DNA of 64,000 bases, from the NCBI GenBank assembly GCA_045533905.1, contig JAZSIR010000022.1, positions 1-64,000 on the forward strand, given 5' to 3'. The DNA comes from Clostridia bacterium (lineage in GTDB: Bacteria > Bacillota > Clostridia > UMGS1883 > UMGS1540). The notes beneath the pieces are model-generated. The model saw only the letters and a list, made by a program, of their open reading frames with translations, did not search any database and was not told the origin of the DNA. The position numbers and the translations under genes were made by a program. Shown piece after piece: positions 47,618 to 57,361 of the stretch (positions within the stretch are counted from its first letter, which is position 1; the number at the start of each line of letters is the position of its first letter).

Positions 47618-49792
47618 TTATTTCGCGATAATGCTGTTTGCAATGCCAAGGATCTTAGCGAGCTGTGCACGTGTGATGGTGGCCTTCGGAGCCAGAGTGC
47701 CATCGCCCATGCCGTTTACGATGCCTGCCTTTGTAAGAGCTGTGATAGCTTCAACACACGCTGCATCGATGCTTGCTGCGTCTGTGTATTCGATTGCTTC
47801 TGCAGTTTCAGCGAGTTCTACGCCTGCAGCCTTGAGGGCATTGTAAAGAAGTGTGAATGCAACTTCGCGAGTTGTTGCAGCTTCTACATCAACCTTGTCG
47901 CCAAATACACCGAGGATGTTGGCTTCGGCAGCTGCTGCCATTTCAGCCTGTACCCAGTGATCCTTTGCAACGATATCGGTGGTAGCACCATCTTTAGCCT
48001 TGAGGCCTGCAATGCGAACTGCAAGTGCAACAACCTGAGCATTTGTGGTCTTTTCTTCCGGACCGAATGTTGTAGCGGTCATACCCTTGATAACGCCTGC
48101 TTTTGCAAGAGCGTCGATGCCGTCGTATGCCCAAGCGTAGGTTTCCTTGTTAACGTCGGTGAATGCTGCAGCACCGTTTTCGATAGCTTCGCCTGCCGGA
48201 TCGTTATCTTCCTTGGGTTCTTCCTTCGGCTCTTCTTCCTTCGGTTCTTCTTCCTTCTTATCATCGCTGAGGGAAGCACCACCAACGCTGCCGCCGCCGC
48301 TCGGGAGCTTAGCGATTGCATTTGTGAATGCAACTGTCTTTGTTGTGGAAATGTCAAGAGCGTCGGTTGCGGTGATCACAACTACAACGAACTTGCCTTC
48401 TGTTTCCTTCGGAACAGCAAAGCTGTTGTCGGAATCAAGAACTTCTTTGCCTTCTGCGCTGAATTCTTCTGCTGCAACGAATTCGTCAACAATGTACCAT
48501 GCATAGGCAATTGTCGGAACTGCAGTGTCGCCTTCAGCGTTGCTTACTGCAGATACGTTAGCTGCAGAAAGTGCGAAGGAGGCGCCTGCATACGGCTTCT
48601 TGGACGGAACGGTTTCTGCGATTGTGAGTGTCGGCGGTTCGCTTGTGATGGTGTAGCTGTCAGAAGCAACTTCTTCACTTGCTGCGAATGCTTCGCCGCC
48701 TACAGAGATTGTAACAATGGCCTTAACAACCACGGTCTTGTCAATGGCATCTGCGCCGAAGGTTGCAGTTTCGCCGACAACCGGATCTGCTGCGCCTTCA
48801 AGGAACCACTTGTATGCTACTGCATATTCTGCATTTGCATATGTCTTTTCAAAAGTAGCAACTGCCTTAGCTGCTGCAGCTGCGGAAACTTTGCCGCCTT
48901 CAACTGCTACTGCAGAGATAACCGGAGCATAGCCTTCTGCCGGGAGGATGTAGCCACAGTCAAATGCTTCGGAAAGAGCACCTTCAGCATCGATAGCGCG
49001 AACATCTGTCTTCGGGAGAACGGTGTAGGAAAGCTTCTTGCCAACCCAAGCATCGTCGCTGATTGCGAGTGTTTTGCCGGTAGCTACTGCGGCTTCGATG
49101 CCTTCTACATACCACTTAACTTCGGAAACATCGCCTGCTGTGGTATCAGCACCCGGTGTTCTTTCACCGTTGTCGAATGCGTAGTCAGCTTCAACGGTTT
49201 CGCCATCTGCAACTGTGCCGTCTACTGCAAAAGAGGAAGCTGTGGGAGCAACCGGCTTTGCCTTTACAACAACTGCATCAGCAGCGGTTTTGTCGGTAAT
49301 GGTCCAAGCTTCGCCACCGTTTACTGCGGTGTAAAGGGAAGTGGCGGTCATAGCACTGTCGCCTGCGGCGATTGCCTTGAAGGTGAGAGTGAAGAGAATG
49401 CCATCAGCCGGCATATCGATAGAGCCCTGGCCCTTCTTAATGCCGAGGATGCTGAGGTCGCCATTTTCGAGGAATGTGCACATATCGAGTGCAAATGCTC
49501 TGTCGAATGTGGTAACAGCATCTTCCGGATAGTCGCTTACAGCGTCGCCTTCAGCGTCTACGAGCTGTACAACTTCGTCGTCGTATGCAAGAACGAGGTC
49601 ATGCATAGCAACTGTTTCGGGGCCTTCTACCTTTACGTCTACAGTGAAGAGATTGTCTTCACCTTCTACATAGTAAACCGAGGCCGGATCCCAAACAAGT
49701 GTTAATGTGCCTTCGTTTGCCGCGGCTACTGCGAAAGACATCGACAGAAGCATCATAACGGCAAGCAAAACGGCAGAAATTTTCTTCATCAT
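47618..49792 (-). CDS. Secreted cohesin + Ig-like + triple SLH cell-wall anchoring protein
   Basis: Signal peptide; cohesin-like FTVDVKV...L.YDDEVVQLVD...GILFTLTFKAIAAG; Ig-like repeats with KW(Y/F) strands; acidic linker; SLH motifs FTDV...WAY..I..L...GVIKG and GIVNGMGDGT.AP...ITRAQ. Confidence 0.85.
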   Translation of the reverse strand: MMKKISAVLLAVMMLLSMSFAVAAANEGTLTLVWDPASVYYVEGEDNLFTVDVKVEGPETVAMHDLVLAYDDEVVQLVDAEGDAVSDYPEDAVTTFDRAFALDMCTFLENGDLSILGIKKGQGSIDMPADGILFTLTFKAIAAGDSAMTATSLYTAVNGGEAWTITDKTAADAVVVKAKPVAPTASSFAVDGTVADGETVEADYAFDNGERTPGADTTAGDVSEVKWYVEGIEAAVATGKTLAISDDAWVGKKLSYTVLPKTDVRAIDAEGALSEAFDCGYILPAEGYAPVISAVAVEGGKVSAAAAAKAVATFEKTYANAEYAVAYKWFLEGAADPVVGETATFGADAIDKTVVVKAIVTISVGGEAFAASEEVASDSYTITSEPPTLTIAETVPSKKPYAGASFALSAANVSAVSNAEGDTAVPTIAYAWYIVDEFVAAEEFSAEGKEVLDSDNSFAVPKETEGKFVVVVITATDALDISTTKTVAFTNAIAKLPSGGGSVGGASLSDDKKEEEPKEEEPKEEPKEDNDPAGEAIENGAAAFTDVNKETYAWAYDGIDALAKAGVIKGMTATTFGPEEKTTNAQVVALAVRIAGLKAKDGATTDIVAKDHWVQAEMAAAAEANILGVFGDKVDVEAATTREVAFTLLYNALKAAGVELAETAEAIEYTDAASIDAACVEAITALTKAGIVNGMGDGTLAPKATITRAQLAKILGIANSIIAK

Positions 49793-49844
49793 AATTTTGT
49801 TACCTCTTTCTTTGGATTTTACCGCGTGCCTTGCGGGGTATTAC

Positions 49845-51641
49845 TTAATAACCAAATCTCCATTCAGCATAGAGAGCGGAAGCGTCGAGACCGTTTACTT
49901 CGCCGCTGCCGTCAATGTCGGCTGCGATATTGTAAAGTTCAACGTTCTCTGTGGTTGCACGCCATGCAGCGTAGAGGGCGGAAGCGTCCATACCGTCAAC
50001 CTTGCCGTCAACGTAGATGTCACCGGCTACCATATTTACGGTGAAGCCTTCTGCGGTGATATCTTCTGCGCGTACCGAGTCAACAGCTGCAACTGCGCCG
50101 TCTGCTACTGTGAGCGTGAAGGTGAGCGTTACAAAGCCGGGACGTGCAACAACAACGGTGTGATCGCCGTCTGCAACAGCTTCTGCAGTAAAGACTGCGC
50201 CGTCAGCTGCAGCTTCTGCGCCGTCAACGGTTACAGTTGCATCCACAACAGCATCTACTGCAATCTTTGCGAGTGTGATAGCTACTTCGATACCCTTTAC
50301 ATTGATCTGGTTTACAGTCAGTGTGTAAGAAACAGTTTCTGTAGTATCTGCATCATCGCCGTATACGATAGTAGCAACTGCTTCGTAAGCTGTCTTCGGT
50401 TCTGCTGCATCGGAAGCGGCACGAGCGAGTTCTACAACGCCTGCTTCTACAGCAATTTCGTCAATCGTCCAGCTGATAACTGCATCAGAGCCTTCTACTG
50501 CGGCCGGAAGCGTAACGCTTGCCTTACCGAAGAGAGCCTGTGCATCATCCGGAGTGCCATCTTCCGGCCATGCCGGGTCAGCAGTTTCGAATTCGGAATC
50601 GCTGTATACGACTTCGGGAGCTACGAGAGCGTTCTTTGCAGCGGTGGTTTCAGCTGTGATTACAACATCTGCTGTAACAACTGCAAACTTCGGAGCTGCG
50701 ATAGAAACTACATATGTGTCAACGCCTGTCTTCGGAGCGGTGATACCTGTGATAGTAAGAACACCGTCAGAAATTGCATACTCGAAACCTTCTACTGCTT
50801 CGCCGCCCTTTGTGATGGAAACGCTTTCTGCACCGATGTTGGAAATCCATTCGTTAGCATCTTCAAGTGCGATGGCGATTGCTTCGTCGCCTACGAGAGC
50901 GAGGTCAGAAGCTGTACCCGGTGTCTTTGCGACAGCTGTGATACCTTCTTCAGATTCCCAACGGGCATCTTTAAAGAGCTTCTTGTCAGCTGCAGCTTTC
51001 AGAACAACCTTTGTTACAGTGCCTTCGCCGAGGTTTGCAATGGCGAGCTCGCCATCTGCAAAGGTTACGTCATCAAGGTCAACGGAAACTTCTTCGCCGT
51101 TTAAGGTTACGGTAACTGTGCCGACTCTTTCGAACCATGCATCAGCATCGCTGCCGGTTACGGAGAATACGAGGTCATCCCCAAATTCCCAGTTTTCGGT
51201 TACGAGTGCAAGTGTCGGAGCCTTTACGAGTGCTTCAACGCTTGTGTATGCAACAGCAGAAACGTTTTCACCGCCAACGAAGGCTGTGATGATGCCGCCG
51301 ATTGTTGCATCTGCACGCGGAACGAATGTGAACGAGAAAGCGCCTTCTGTTGCAGCCTTCTGGTCGATGTAGACAACGTCTTCGCCGAGGTCTTCATCCG
51401 TATATGCCGCAAGAGCCTCATCATCGTATGCCTGACCGCCACGAACAGCGAGGATGGTTACTTCTGCATCAGCATCCGAAATGGTGCCGGCGATGGTAAC
51501 TGTACCTTCTGCTTCGTTAACGGTAGCCGATGTGATTGCCACTTCAGTTGCAGTTTCTTCTGCAAATGCCACTGTGGGAATCATGCACAATGCGAGTACG
51601 ATCGCAAGGGCTTTCCGCAAGTTGTTTGTTCTTTTGAACAT
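49845..51641 (-). CDS. Secreted acidic multi-Ig protein with C-terminal X-module and dockerin
   Basis: Signal peptide; beta-rich repeats; G.HTVVVARPGF X-module-like strand; duplicated Ca-binding loops GDIYVDGKVDGMDASALYA and ADIDGSGEVNGLDASALYA. Confidence 0.85.
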   Translation of the reverse strand: MFKRTNNLRKALAIVLALCMIPTVAFAEETATEVAITSATVNEAEGTVTIAGTISDADAEVTILAVRGGQAYDDEALAAYTDEDLGEDVVYIDQKAATEGAFSFTFVPRADATIGGIITAFVGGENVSAVAYTSVEALVKAPTLALVTENWEFGDDLVFSVTGSDADAWFERVGTVTVTLNGEEVSVDLDDVTFADGELAIANLGEGTVTKVVLKAAADKKLFKDARWESEEGITAVAKTPGTASDLALVGDEAIAIALEDANEWISNIGAESVSITKGGEAVEGFEYAISDGVLTITGITAPKTGVDTYVVSIAAPKFAVVTADVVITAETTAAKNALVAPEVVYSDSEFETADPAWPEDGTPDDAQALFGKASVTLPAAVEGSDAVISWTIDEIAVEAGVVELARAASDAAEPKTAYEAVATIVYGDDADTTETVSYTLTVNQINVKGIEVAITLAKIAVDAVVDATVTVDGAEAAADGAVFTAEAVADGDHTVVVARPGFVTLTFTLTVADGAVAAVDSVRAEDITAEGFTVNMVAGDIYVDGKVDGMDASALYAAWRATTENVELYNIAADIDGSGEVNGLDASALYAEWRFGY

Positions 51642-51773
51642 TTTCCTACCCCTTCCTTTAATTGGAATGTTTTTACTTTGCGAATATGTACATTATTATG
51701 CAGACTTCGCAAGAGTGTGATAAAAAGCCACCCTCTTCTTGGGGAGAGTAGCCCTTTATAACTATACGCTCTT

Positions 51774-51802
51774 ATTATACAGGCTTCCCGTCAAAAATGC
51801 AA
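51774..51802 (-). promoter_or_regulatory. sigmaA promoter of the surface-protein operon
   Basis: Minus strand TTGCAT-N17-TATAAT, about 130 nt upstream of the ATG. Confidence 0.75.
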
Positions 51803-51912
51803 GTCTTTTTTGAAAGATTTTTTCGTTTTTGTACAATATGTATAAACCCGCACGGGACTTTTTGCGAAATCACGTGCGGGCCATCGTTTGATTTTTGGAA
51901 GATGTGCCGAAG

Positions 51913-53238
51913 TCAGTTTTCTTTTACGACCGAAAGGCGCCCAATGCCGTAGTAACCGAAGGCTTCTATATGCGCTTTTCCGATGCGTTCGCCGCTCACT
52001 AAAATCGGCACGGCGGGCGGGCAGCTGACGCCCTCCGCCGCCAAAATGCGCCCCTCACAGTCTTCTGTCTTTACCGTCTCGTGTGGGGAAAGGCGCGCGG
52101 CGCGCGGCGAGAGAACGCGTACACCTTCTGCCGCCCGCGGCGGCCTCTCTTCGACCGGCGTGCGGCGGGGAATCGCCGAGAGTACTTCCAGAAGGCGCGC
52201 AAGCCCCTCTTCGCCCGTTTCGGGCGTAACCATTAAAACGAGATAGTCTTTATCATAAAATTCGGGGATGCAGTTTTCCTCTTTCAGGATTGCGGCCAGC
52301 GCTTCTCCCGTATAGCCGTAGCTTTTGGGTGCGATTGTGATTTTCAGTTCTTCGCCCGAAAGCACATCGTAGCCTTTTCCCCGAAGGGCCGTCTTTGCTT
52401 TTTCCACCTGCGGCAAAAAGGCCGCGAGGCGCTCGCGGTAGCCGGCCGCGAGGTACGCATTTGTGCGGTCAATCGAGGCAAGTATCAAATAGGAAGGACT
52501 TGTGGAGCCGAAAAGCACCATCGCCTCCTTCGCATACGGCGAAAAACGCGCGCTGTGCCTTCCGGCAATGTGCAGATACGCGCTTCCCGTCAGCGCGGGA
52601 AGTGTTTTATGCGCCGAGTCGGCACACAGGTCGGCACCGAGGTCGATAGGGTGCGCGGATGTGGGCAGAAATTTCCGGTATGCGCCGTGCGCATTGTCAA
52701 CAAGGAGAAGCGTGCCGTGCGCGCGACACACCCGCGAAAGGCCTTCAATATCGAGAATCTGCCCGAGATAGTCGGGACTTGTGACATATACGGCCGTAAA
52801 CTTCTGCGCCGAAAGGGCTTTATCGAGCGCTTCGGCCGAAAGCGTGCAAGAAAGATAGCTTTCGCCCGCCGCGGGCAGCCACGTAACCGCAAAATCCAAA
52901 AGTGCGGCGGCACTTATAAATGCGCGATGCGCATTTCTTGCCGCGAGGATATGCGCCTGTTCTTCCGTTTGCATACAAACGAGTGCGAGCATTGCGCGGA
53001 TGGCGAGTGAGGCGCCTTCTGCGGAATAGAACGTGTCAGCCCCGAAAAGGGCGCCGGCATTTTCCTCGCTTTCGCGGATAATGCCTTCGGGCGCGTAGAG
53101 ACTGTCGGCCCCGTCGATTTCCGTAATGTCCGCCCCATACCCGTGCATACCCTTATGCCCCGGCATATGGAGACGGAGCGCGTTTTTCTCTATGTACTTT
53201 TCCACAAAGTCACAAACGGGGGTTTTCAAAATGCTCAC
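51913..53238 (-). CDS. Orn/Lys/Arg decarboxylase family PLP enzyme
   Basis: HMPGHKG, DITEI.G.D.L, VTSPDYLG, VDNAHGA, SAHKTLP and STSPSY motifs; the GTG start overlaps the scfB stop. Confidence 0.9.
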   Translation of the reverse strand: MSILKTPVCDFVEKYIEKNALRLHMPGHKGMHGYGADITEIDGADSLYAPEGIIRESEENAGALFGADTFYSAEGASLAIRAMLALVCMQTEEQAHILAARNAHRAFISAAALLDFAVTWLPAAGESYLSCTLSAEALDKALSAQKFTAVYVTSPDYLGQILDIEGLSRVCRAHGTLLLVDNAHGAYRKFLPTSAHPIDLGADLCADSAHKTLPALTGSAYLHIAGRHSARFSPYAKEAMVLFGSTSPSYLILASIDRTNAYLAAGYRERLAAFLPQVEKAKTALRGKGYDVLSGEELKITIAPKSYGYTGEALAAILKEENCIPEFYDKDYLVLMVTPETGEEGLARLLEVLSAIPRRTPVEERPPRAAEGVRVLSPRAARLSPHETVKTEDCEGRILAAEGVSCPPAVPILVSGERIGKAHIEAFGYYGIGRLSVVKEN

Positions 53239-54620
53239 TCCGCTTCGCTTCCAAGACTTCTTGCAGCCGCAACCATAATGGCACATTCCATACGCTTTTT
53301 GAAGAGCTTGCAGCCGTATTCATATACGCCGCGTATGTCGCCCGTGGCGTGGTAGGCGTTTGCGGCACAGCCGCCTGAGCAGTATAGCCGTGCCCAGCAC
53401 GATTTACATTCTTCTCTTGCATACACGTTGCAAGCGGCGAACTCGGCCTGTACGTCTTTTTTGGTGACGCCGTCCCAGATGTTGCCGAGAAGGTACTTTT
53501 CATCCCCCACAAACTGGTGGCAGGGGTAAAGGTCGCCCCACGGCGTGACGGCCATATATTCCGTGCCCGAGCCGCAACCCGATATGCGCTTATAGATGCA
53601 CGGGCCGCCGGAAAGGTCAATCATATAATGGTAGAAGGTGAAGGGCTTGCCTTCCTTATCGCGCGAAAGCATAAGCTCAGCAAGCTTTTCATACTGGTCA
53701 AAAAGTACGGGTAAGTCTTCTTCCGTAAGGGCGGCGCCGTCTTCGGGCGCGGTGACCACAGGCTCCATACTAAGCTCCGAAAAGCCAAGGTCGAGCATCG
53801 TTTTGATATCCTCTAAAAAGTCGGCATTTTCGTGTGTGAAGGTGCCGCGCATATAATAGTTTTTGCCGCCGCGGGCTTCTACCAGCTTTTGAAACTTCGG
53901 CACGATGCGGTCAAAGCTTCCGTTTCCTGCATAATCTACGCGGTAACGGTCGTGCACCTCGCGCCGCCCGTCAAGGCTTAAAACAACGTTGCTCATTTCG
54001 CGGTTTGCAAAGTCGATTACATCATCATCAATGAGAAGCCCATTTGTGGTGAGCGTGAAGCGGAAGTTTTTGCCCTTTTCTTTCTCGATGCTTCGGGCAT
54101 ACGCCACAAGCTGTTTCACCACGTCAAAATTCATAAGCGGCTCGCCGCCGAAAAAGTCTACTTCGAGATTTCTGCGCGTGCCTGAATTTTCGATGAGGAA
54201 ATCGAGGGCGCGTTTTCCGACTTCAAAGGACATAATGGCGCGTTCGCCCCGGTATTTTCCCTGGCTTGCAAAGCAGTAGGCGCAGTTTAAATTGCACGTG
54301 TGCGCCACGTGGAGGCATAAAGCCTTTACGACGCCCGCCGTCTTCTCTTTTAAAACGCCTGCTTTATCGGAAAACGTGTCGTGCGCAAAAAGCTGGCCTC
54401 TGTCCCGAAGGGTTTCGAGTTCTGCATAGCAGCCCGCCACCTCTTCGCGCGTGACGCCTTTTTCTGTATATCTTTCCGAAACGGTGGTGATGAGCGCCTC
54501 CTTTTCCGAGGATTCAAAGCCTTCGATAAGGTCATAGGCCACATCGTCCACAACGTGCACGCCGCCGGAGGCGACATCGAGCACTATGTTATATCCGCCA
54601 AGTTTATACTGGTGTATCAT
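53235..54620 (-). CDS. scfB: SCIFF radical SAM/SPASM maturase
   Basis: ALCLHVAHTCNLNCAYCFA, DFFGGEP, GPCIYKRISGCGSG, YPCHQF and C..CWARLYCSGGC motifs. Confidence 0.96.
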   Translation of the reverse strand: MIHQYKLGGYNIVLDVASGGVHVVDDVAYDLIEGFESSEKEALITTVSERYTEKGVTREEVAGCYAELETLRDRGQLFAHDTFSDKAGVLKEKTAGVVKALCLHVAHTCNLNCAYCFASQGKYRGERAIMSFEVGKRALDFLIENSGTRRNLEVDFFGGEPLMNFDVVKQLVAYARSIEKEKGKNFRFTLTTNGLLIDDDVIDFANREMSNVVLSLDGRREVHDRYRVDYAGNGSFDRIVPKFQKLVEARGGKNYYMRGTFTHENADFLEDIKTMLDLGFSELSMEPVVTAPEDGAALTEEDLPVLFDQYEKLAELMLSRDKEGKPFTFYHYMIDLSGGPCIYKRISGCGSGTEYMAVTPWGDLYPCHQFVGDEKYLLGNIWDGVTKKDVQAEFAACNVYAREECKSCWARLYCSGGCAANAYHATGDIRGVYEYGCKLFKKRMECAIMVAAARSLGSEAE

Positions 54621-54680
54621 TGTAGATTCCTCTCTTTATCGTAAACAAGAATGCCGCCCAAAAAGGACGGCATTTTGTAA

Positions 54681-54833
54681 TTACTTGCTTTCTTTCGTGT
54701 TTTCACACTGCTGGTTAGCAATGCCGCAGCTTGTTTTGCATGCAGACTGGCAAGAGGTCTGACATTCGCCGCAGCCGCCGTTTTTCGCGCTTTCACACAA
54801 AGAGCGTGTTTCAATTGTCTTAATATGTTCCAT
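54681..54833 (-). CDS. scfA: SCIFF six-cysteine ranthipeptide precursor
   Basis: GGCGECQTSCQSACKTSC..NQ.CE signature. Confidence 0.97.
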   Translation of the reverse strand: MEHIKTIETRSLCESAKNGGCGECQTSCQSACKTSCGIANQQCENTKESK

Positions 54834-54899
54834 TTTTCGACCCTCCATCTCTGTTTTCCCTAAGTATACCATACCTTTTTCCCAAAGTCAATACAAAAT

Positions 54900-55421
54900 C
54901 TATTTTTTAAGAAGCGGGGAAAGAGGCTTATAAAGAAGCATTGTAAGCGCCGTAATCACCACGGCCTTGATGGCGTTAAACGGCAGGATGGCGGCAAGAA
55001 GCGTCGGCACAATCTGCTCTTTCGGGATGCCGTAGAGCGGCAAGTTTATGAAGCGGTTTGCAAAAAGCGCGGCGAGAAGCATCACGATGCTACCGAGTAC
55101 GAGCGACCAAAAGGCGCCGCCCTTCGTGTGGAATCTCTTATACAAAAGCCCTGCACAAAGGACAAAGGGGCCGCTTATAAGAATGTTGGCCATTTCCCCC
55201 ACGCCGCCCGAAAACGACTGGAAAAGGTGGAGGGCGTTTTCGATGATAACAACCAAAAGACCGGCTACGGGCCCAATCGAAAACGCGGCAAAAAGTGCGG
55301 GGATATCGCAAAGGTTCATCCGCAGAAAGCTTGCCGAGGGAAGTACGGCAAACTCAAACTGCATTAAAATAAAGCCGATAGCACCTAAAATAGCAATGCG
55401 CAGTAAATTTTTTGTTTTCAT
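54900..55421 (-). CDS. ribU: ECF S component for riboflavin
   Basis: FL....DIPAL, GGVGE.AN, P..LPFN.IK motifs; lies downstream of an FMN riboswitch. Confidence 0.88.
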   Translation of the reverse strand: MKTKNLLRIAILGAIGFILMQFEFAVLPSASFLRMNLCDIPALFAAFSIGPVAGLLVVIIENALHLFQSFSGGVGEMANILISGPFVLCAGLLYKRFHTKGGAFWSLVLGSIVMLLAALFANRFINLPLYGIPKEQIVPTLLAAILPFNAIKAVVITALTMLLYKPLSPLLKK

Positions 55422-55479
55422 TCTTTGCCTCCTTAAAATGAAATGCCCCGACACACGTGTCGGGGCTTGCTTCTTTCTT

Positions 55480-55596
55480 TTTGCTCTTTATACCGGACTA
55501 TACCGTCGGCTTCGGAATTTCACCGAATCAGCCGTCTTATAAAAGACGGGTCGCGGGCTGTACCGCCGGTAGGGAATTGCACCCTGCCCCGAGCTA
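55480..55596 (-). ncRNA. FMN riboswitch (RFN element)
   Basis: Minus strand CGGGGCAGGGTGCAATTCCCTACCGGCGGTACAGCCCGCGA...GATTCGGTGAAATTCCGAAGCCGACGGTATAGTCCGG; terminator hairpin at about 55445-55468. Confidence 0.95.
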
Positions 55597-56616
55597 TTAA
55601 TATTTGCGTTTGGAAATACTTACGTTTTCGCGAAGAGCATCAATATTATCGAGCGCTTTGCCCGTACCGATGGCAACGCAGGAAATAGCATCCTCTGCGA
55701 TGCGCACGCTGATGCCCGTCTCCTTCTGGAGAAGAAGGTCAAGCCCGTGAATGAGCGAGCCGCCGCCCGTAAGTACGATACCTGCATTACTGATATCACC
55801 CACAAGCTCCGGCGGTGTTTTTTCCAAAACGGAGTGGACAGCATCCACAATTGCGGTGGCCGGTTCCTCAAGCGCCTCAAGCATTTCCGAGGAAGAAACC
55901 GTAGCGGTTTTCGGAAGGCCTGTTACAAGGCAACGCCCGCGGATTTCCATCGTTTCGTTTTCTTCGCGCGGGTACACACAGCCGATTTTGATTTTCATAT
56001 CTTCTGCCGTGCGGTCACCAATCGAAATGTTGTGCTTTTTACGGATGTAGCGAACGAGCGTTTCGTCAAAAGCGTCACCCGCGACCTTAATCGAGTTACT
56101 TACTACGATACCGCCAAGCGAGATAACCGCAACGTCACTCGTGCCGCCGCCGATATCGACGACCATACTGCCGTACGGCTTTGCAATATCAAGGCCTGCC
56201 CCGATTGCCGCGGCAATCGGTTCTTCGATGAGATGGACGCGTCTCGCGCCTGCCTGCATCGCCGCATCGATTACGGCGCGCTCCTCTACTTCTGTGACGC
56301 CGCTCGGCACACAGACGATGACATTGGGGCGGAAAAGGCGCTTGTTGCAAACCTTCTTAAGGAAATATTTCAGCATTTTTTCTGTGGTGTCATAATCGGA
56401 AATAACCCCGTCACGAAGGGGACGGATGGCTACGATGTTGCCCGGCGTGCGCCCGATCATACGCTGTGCCTCAAGCCCTACCTCCTGGACTTTGCCGGTG
56501 TTCTTGTCAATCGAAACAACCGAGGGCTCTTTGAGGACGATGCCGCGGCCGCGTACATAGACAAGTACGCTTGCGGTACCAAGGTCGATACCGATATCCT
56601 GTTTGTATCCAAACAT
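55597..56616 (-). CDS. mbl: MreB-like actin homologue
   Basis: IGIDLGTA, IRPLRDGVI, IEEP.AAAIGAG, VDIGGGT and TGGG motifs; no adjacent mreC/mreD. Confidence 0.9.
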   Translation of the reverse strand: MFGYKQDIGIDLGTASVLVYVRGRGIVLKEPSVVSIDKNTGKVQEVGLEAQRMIGRTPGNIVAIRPLRDGVISDYDTTEKMLKYFLKKVCNKRLFRPNVIVCVPSGVTEVEERAVIDAAMQAGARRVHLIEEPIAAAIGAGLDIAKPYGSMVVDIGGGTSDVAVISLGGIVVSNSIKVAGDAFDETLVRYIRKKHNISIGDRTAEDMKIKIGCVYPREENETMEIRGRCLVTGLPKTATVSSSEMLEALEEPATAIVDAVHSVLEKTPPELVGDISNAGIVLTGGGSLIHGLDLLLQKETGISVRIAEDAISCVAIGTGKALDNIDALRENVSISKRKY

Positions 56617-56731
56617 ATTAAAAACCTCCTGTGTGGATTTTCGTGCAATACCGTGCCACGCGGGCACGCTGTTTTTTTATTATACAGTTTTTTCTGAAAG
56701 AAAGCAAATTTTTTTGAAAAACTTTCGCCTT

Positions 56732-57361
56732 TTATATTTCCCTGTCTGCTGCATCCGTCAGAAAATGGCGGGTGTAGCGGCAAAAACCGGGGGCATAGCC
56801 GGGAATTTCCTTTTCCATCGCATCGAGCACCGCGGAAGGCTTCAGATTGCGGGTGCTGCCTGTGGCAAGGCGGAGAAAAAGGCTGTCGCCTTCTATTCTC
56901 GCTTCGAAAATATCCGGACGGATATCCGTAAGCTTTACGCCGCTTTTCGTGCGCTTTTCGATGCAGATTTCTTCTTTTTCCATAAAGGCGCGGAGTTCTT
57001 CTGCCGTCGGCAGCTTTTCGGGCGTGGCCGTATACACACCGCGCTCGATTTTTGCAAAATTGTTTCTCTCGCACAAGGTGACTTCCACAATGTCAATGCC
57101 CCCGGGCATTTTCGCGGAAAGTCTTTCTTTTATGTCGGGGCATTCCTCTGTCATCTCCACCTCAAAAAGCTCGCGCTCGCCCCATACGCCTACGCCGAGC
57201 GGCTGGGCAAAGGAAAGGCACGGGTGGGGATTGAAGCCTTCGGAAAATTTAAGGGGCAATTCGGCCCTTCGCATCGCGCGCTGAATAAGGCGCAAAAAGT
57301 CGAGATGCGAAACGAACTTTGCATCGCCCCGTTTTGCATAGCGAACAATATATTTATGCAT
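56732..57361 (-). CDS. Radical SAM-linked protein (TIGR03936/DUF2344 type)
   Basis: Y.K.G..KF.SHLD.LR..QRA.RRA.LP..FSEGFNPHP motif. Confidence 0.92.
   Translation of the reverse strand: MHKYIVRYAKRGDAKFVSHLDFLRLIQRAMRRAELPLKFSEGFNPHPCLSFAQPLGVGVWGERELFEVEMTEECPDIKERLSAKMPGGIDIVEVTLCERNNFAKIERGVYTATPEKLPTAEELRAFMEKEEICIEKRTKSGVKLTDIRPDIFEARIEGDSLFLRLATGSTRNLKPSAVLDAMEKEIPGYAPGFCRYTRHFLTDAADREI

Noticed and set aside
47357-51104. Very long Cys-rich plus-strand ORFs (782 aa and 465 aa)
   Set aside because: Antisense shadows of the codon-biased surface-protein genes (GCA reads TGC on the other strand); no RBS and no domain motifs.
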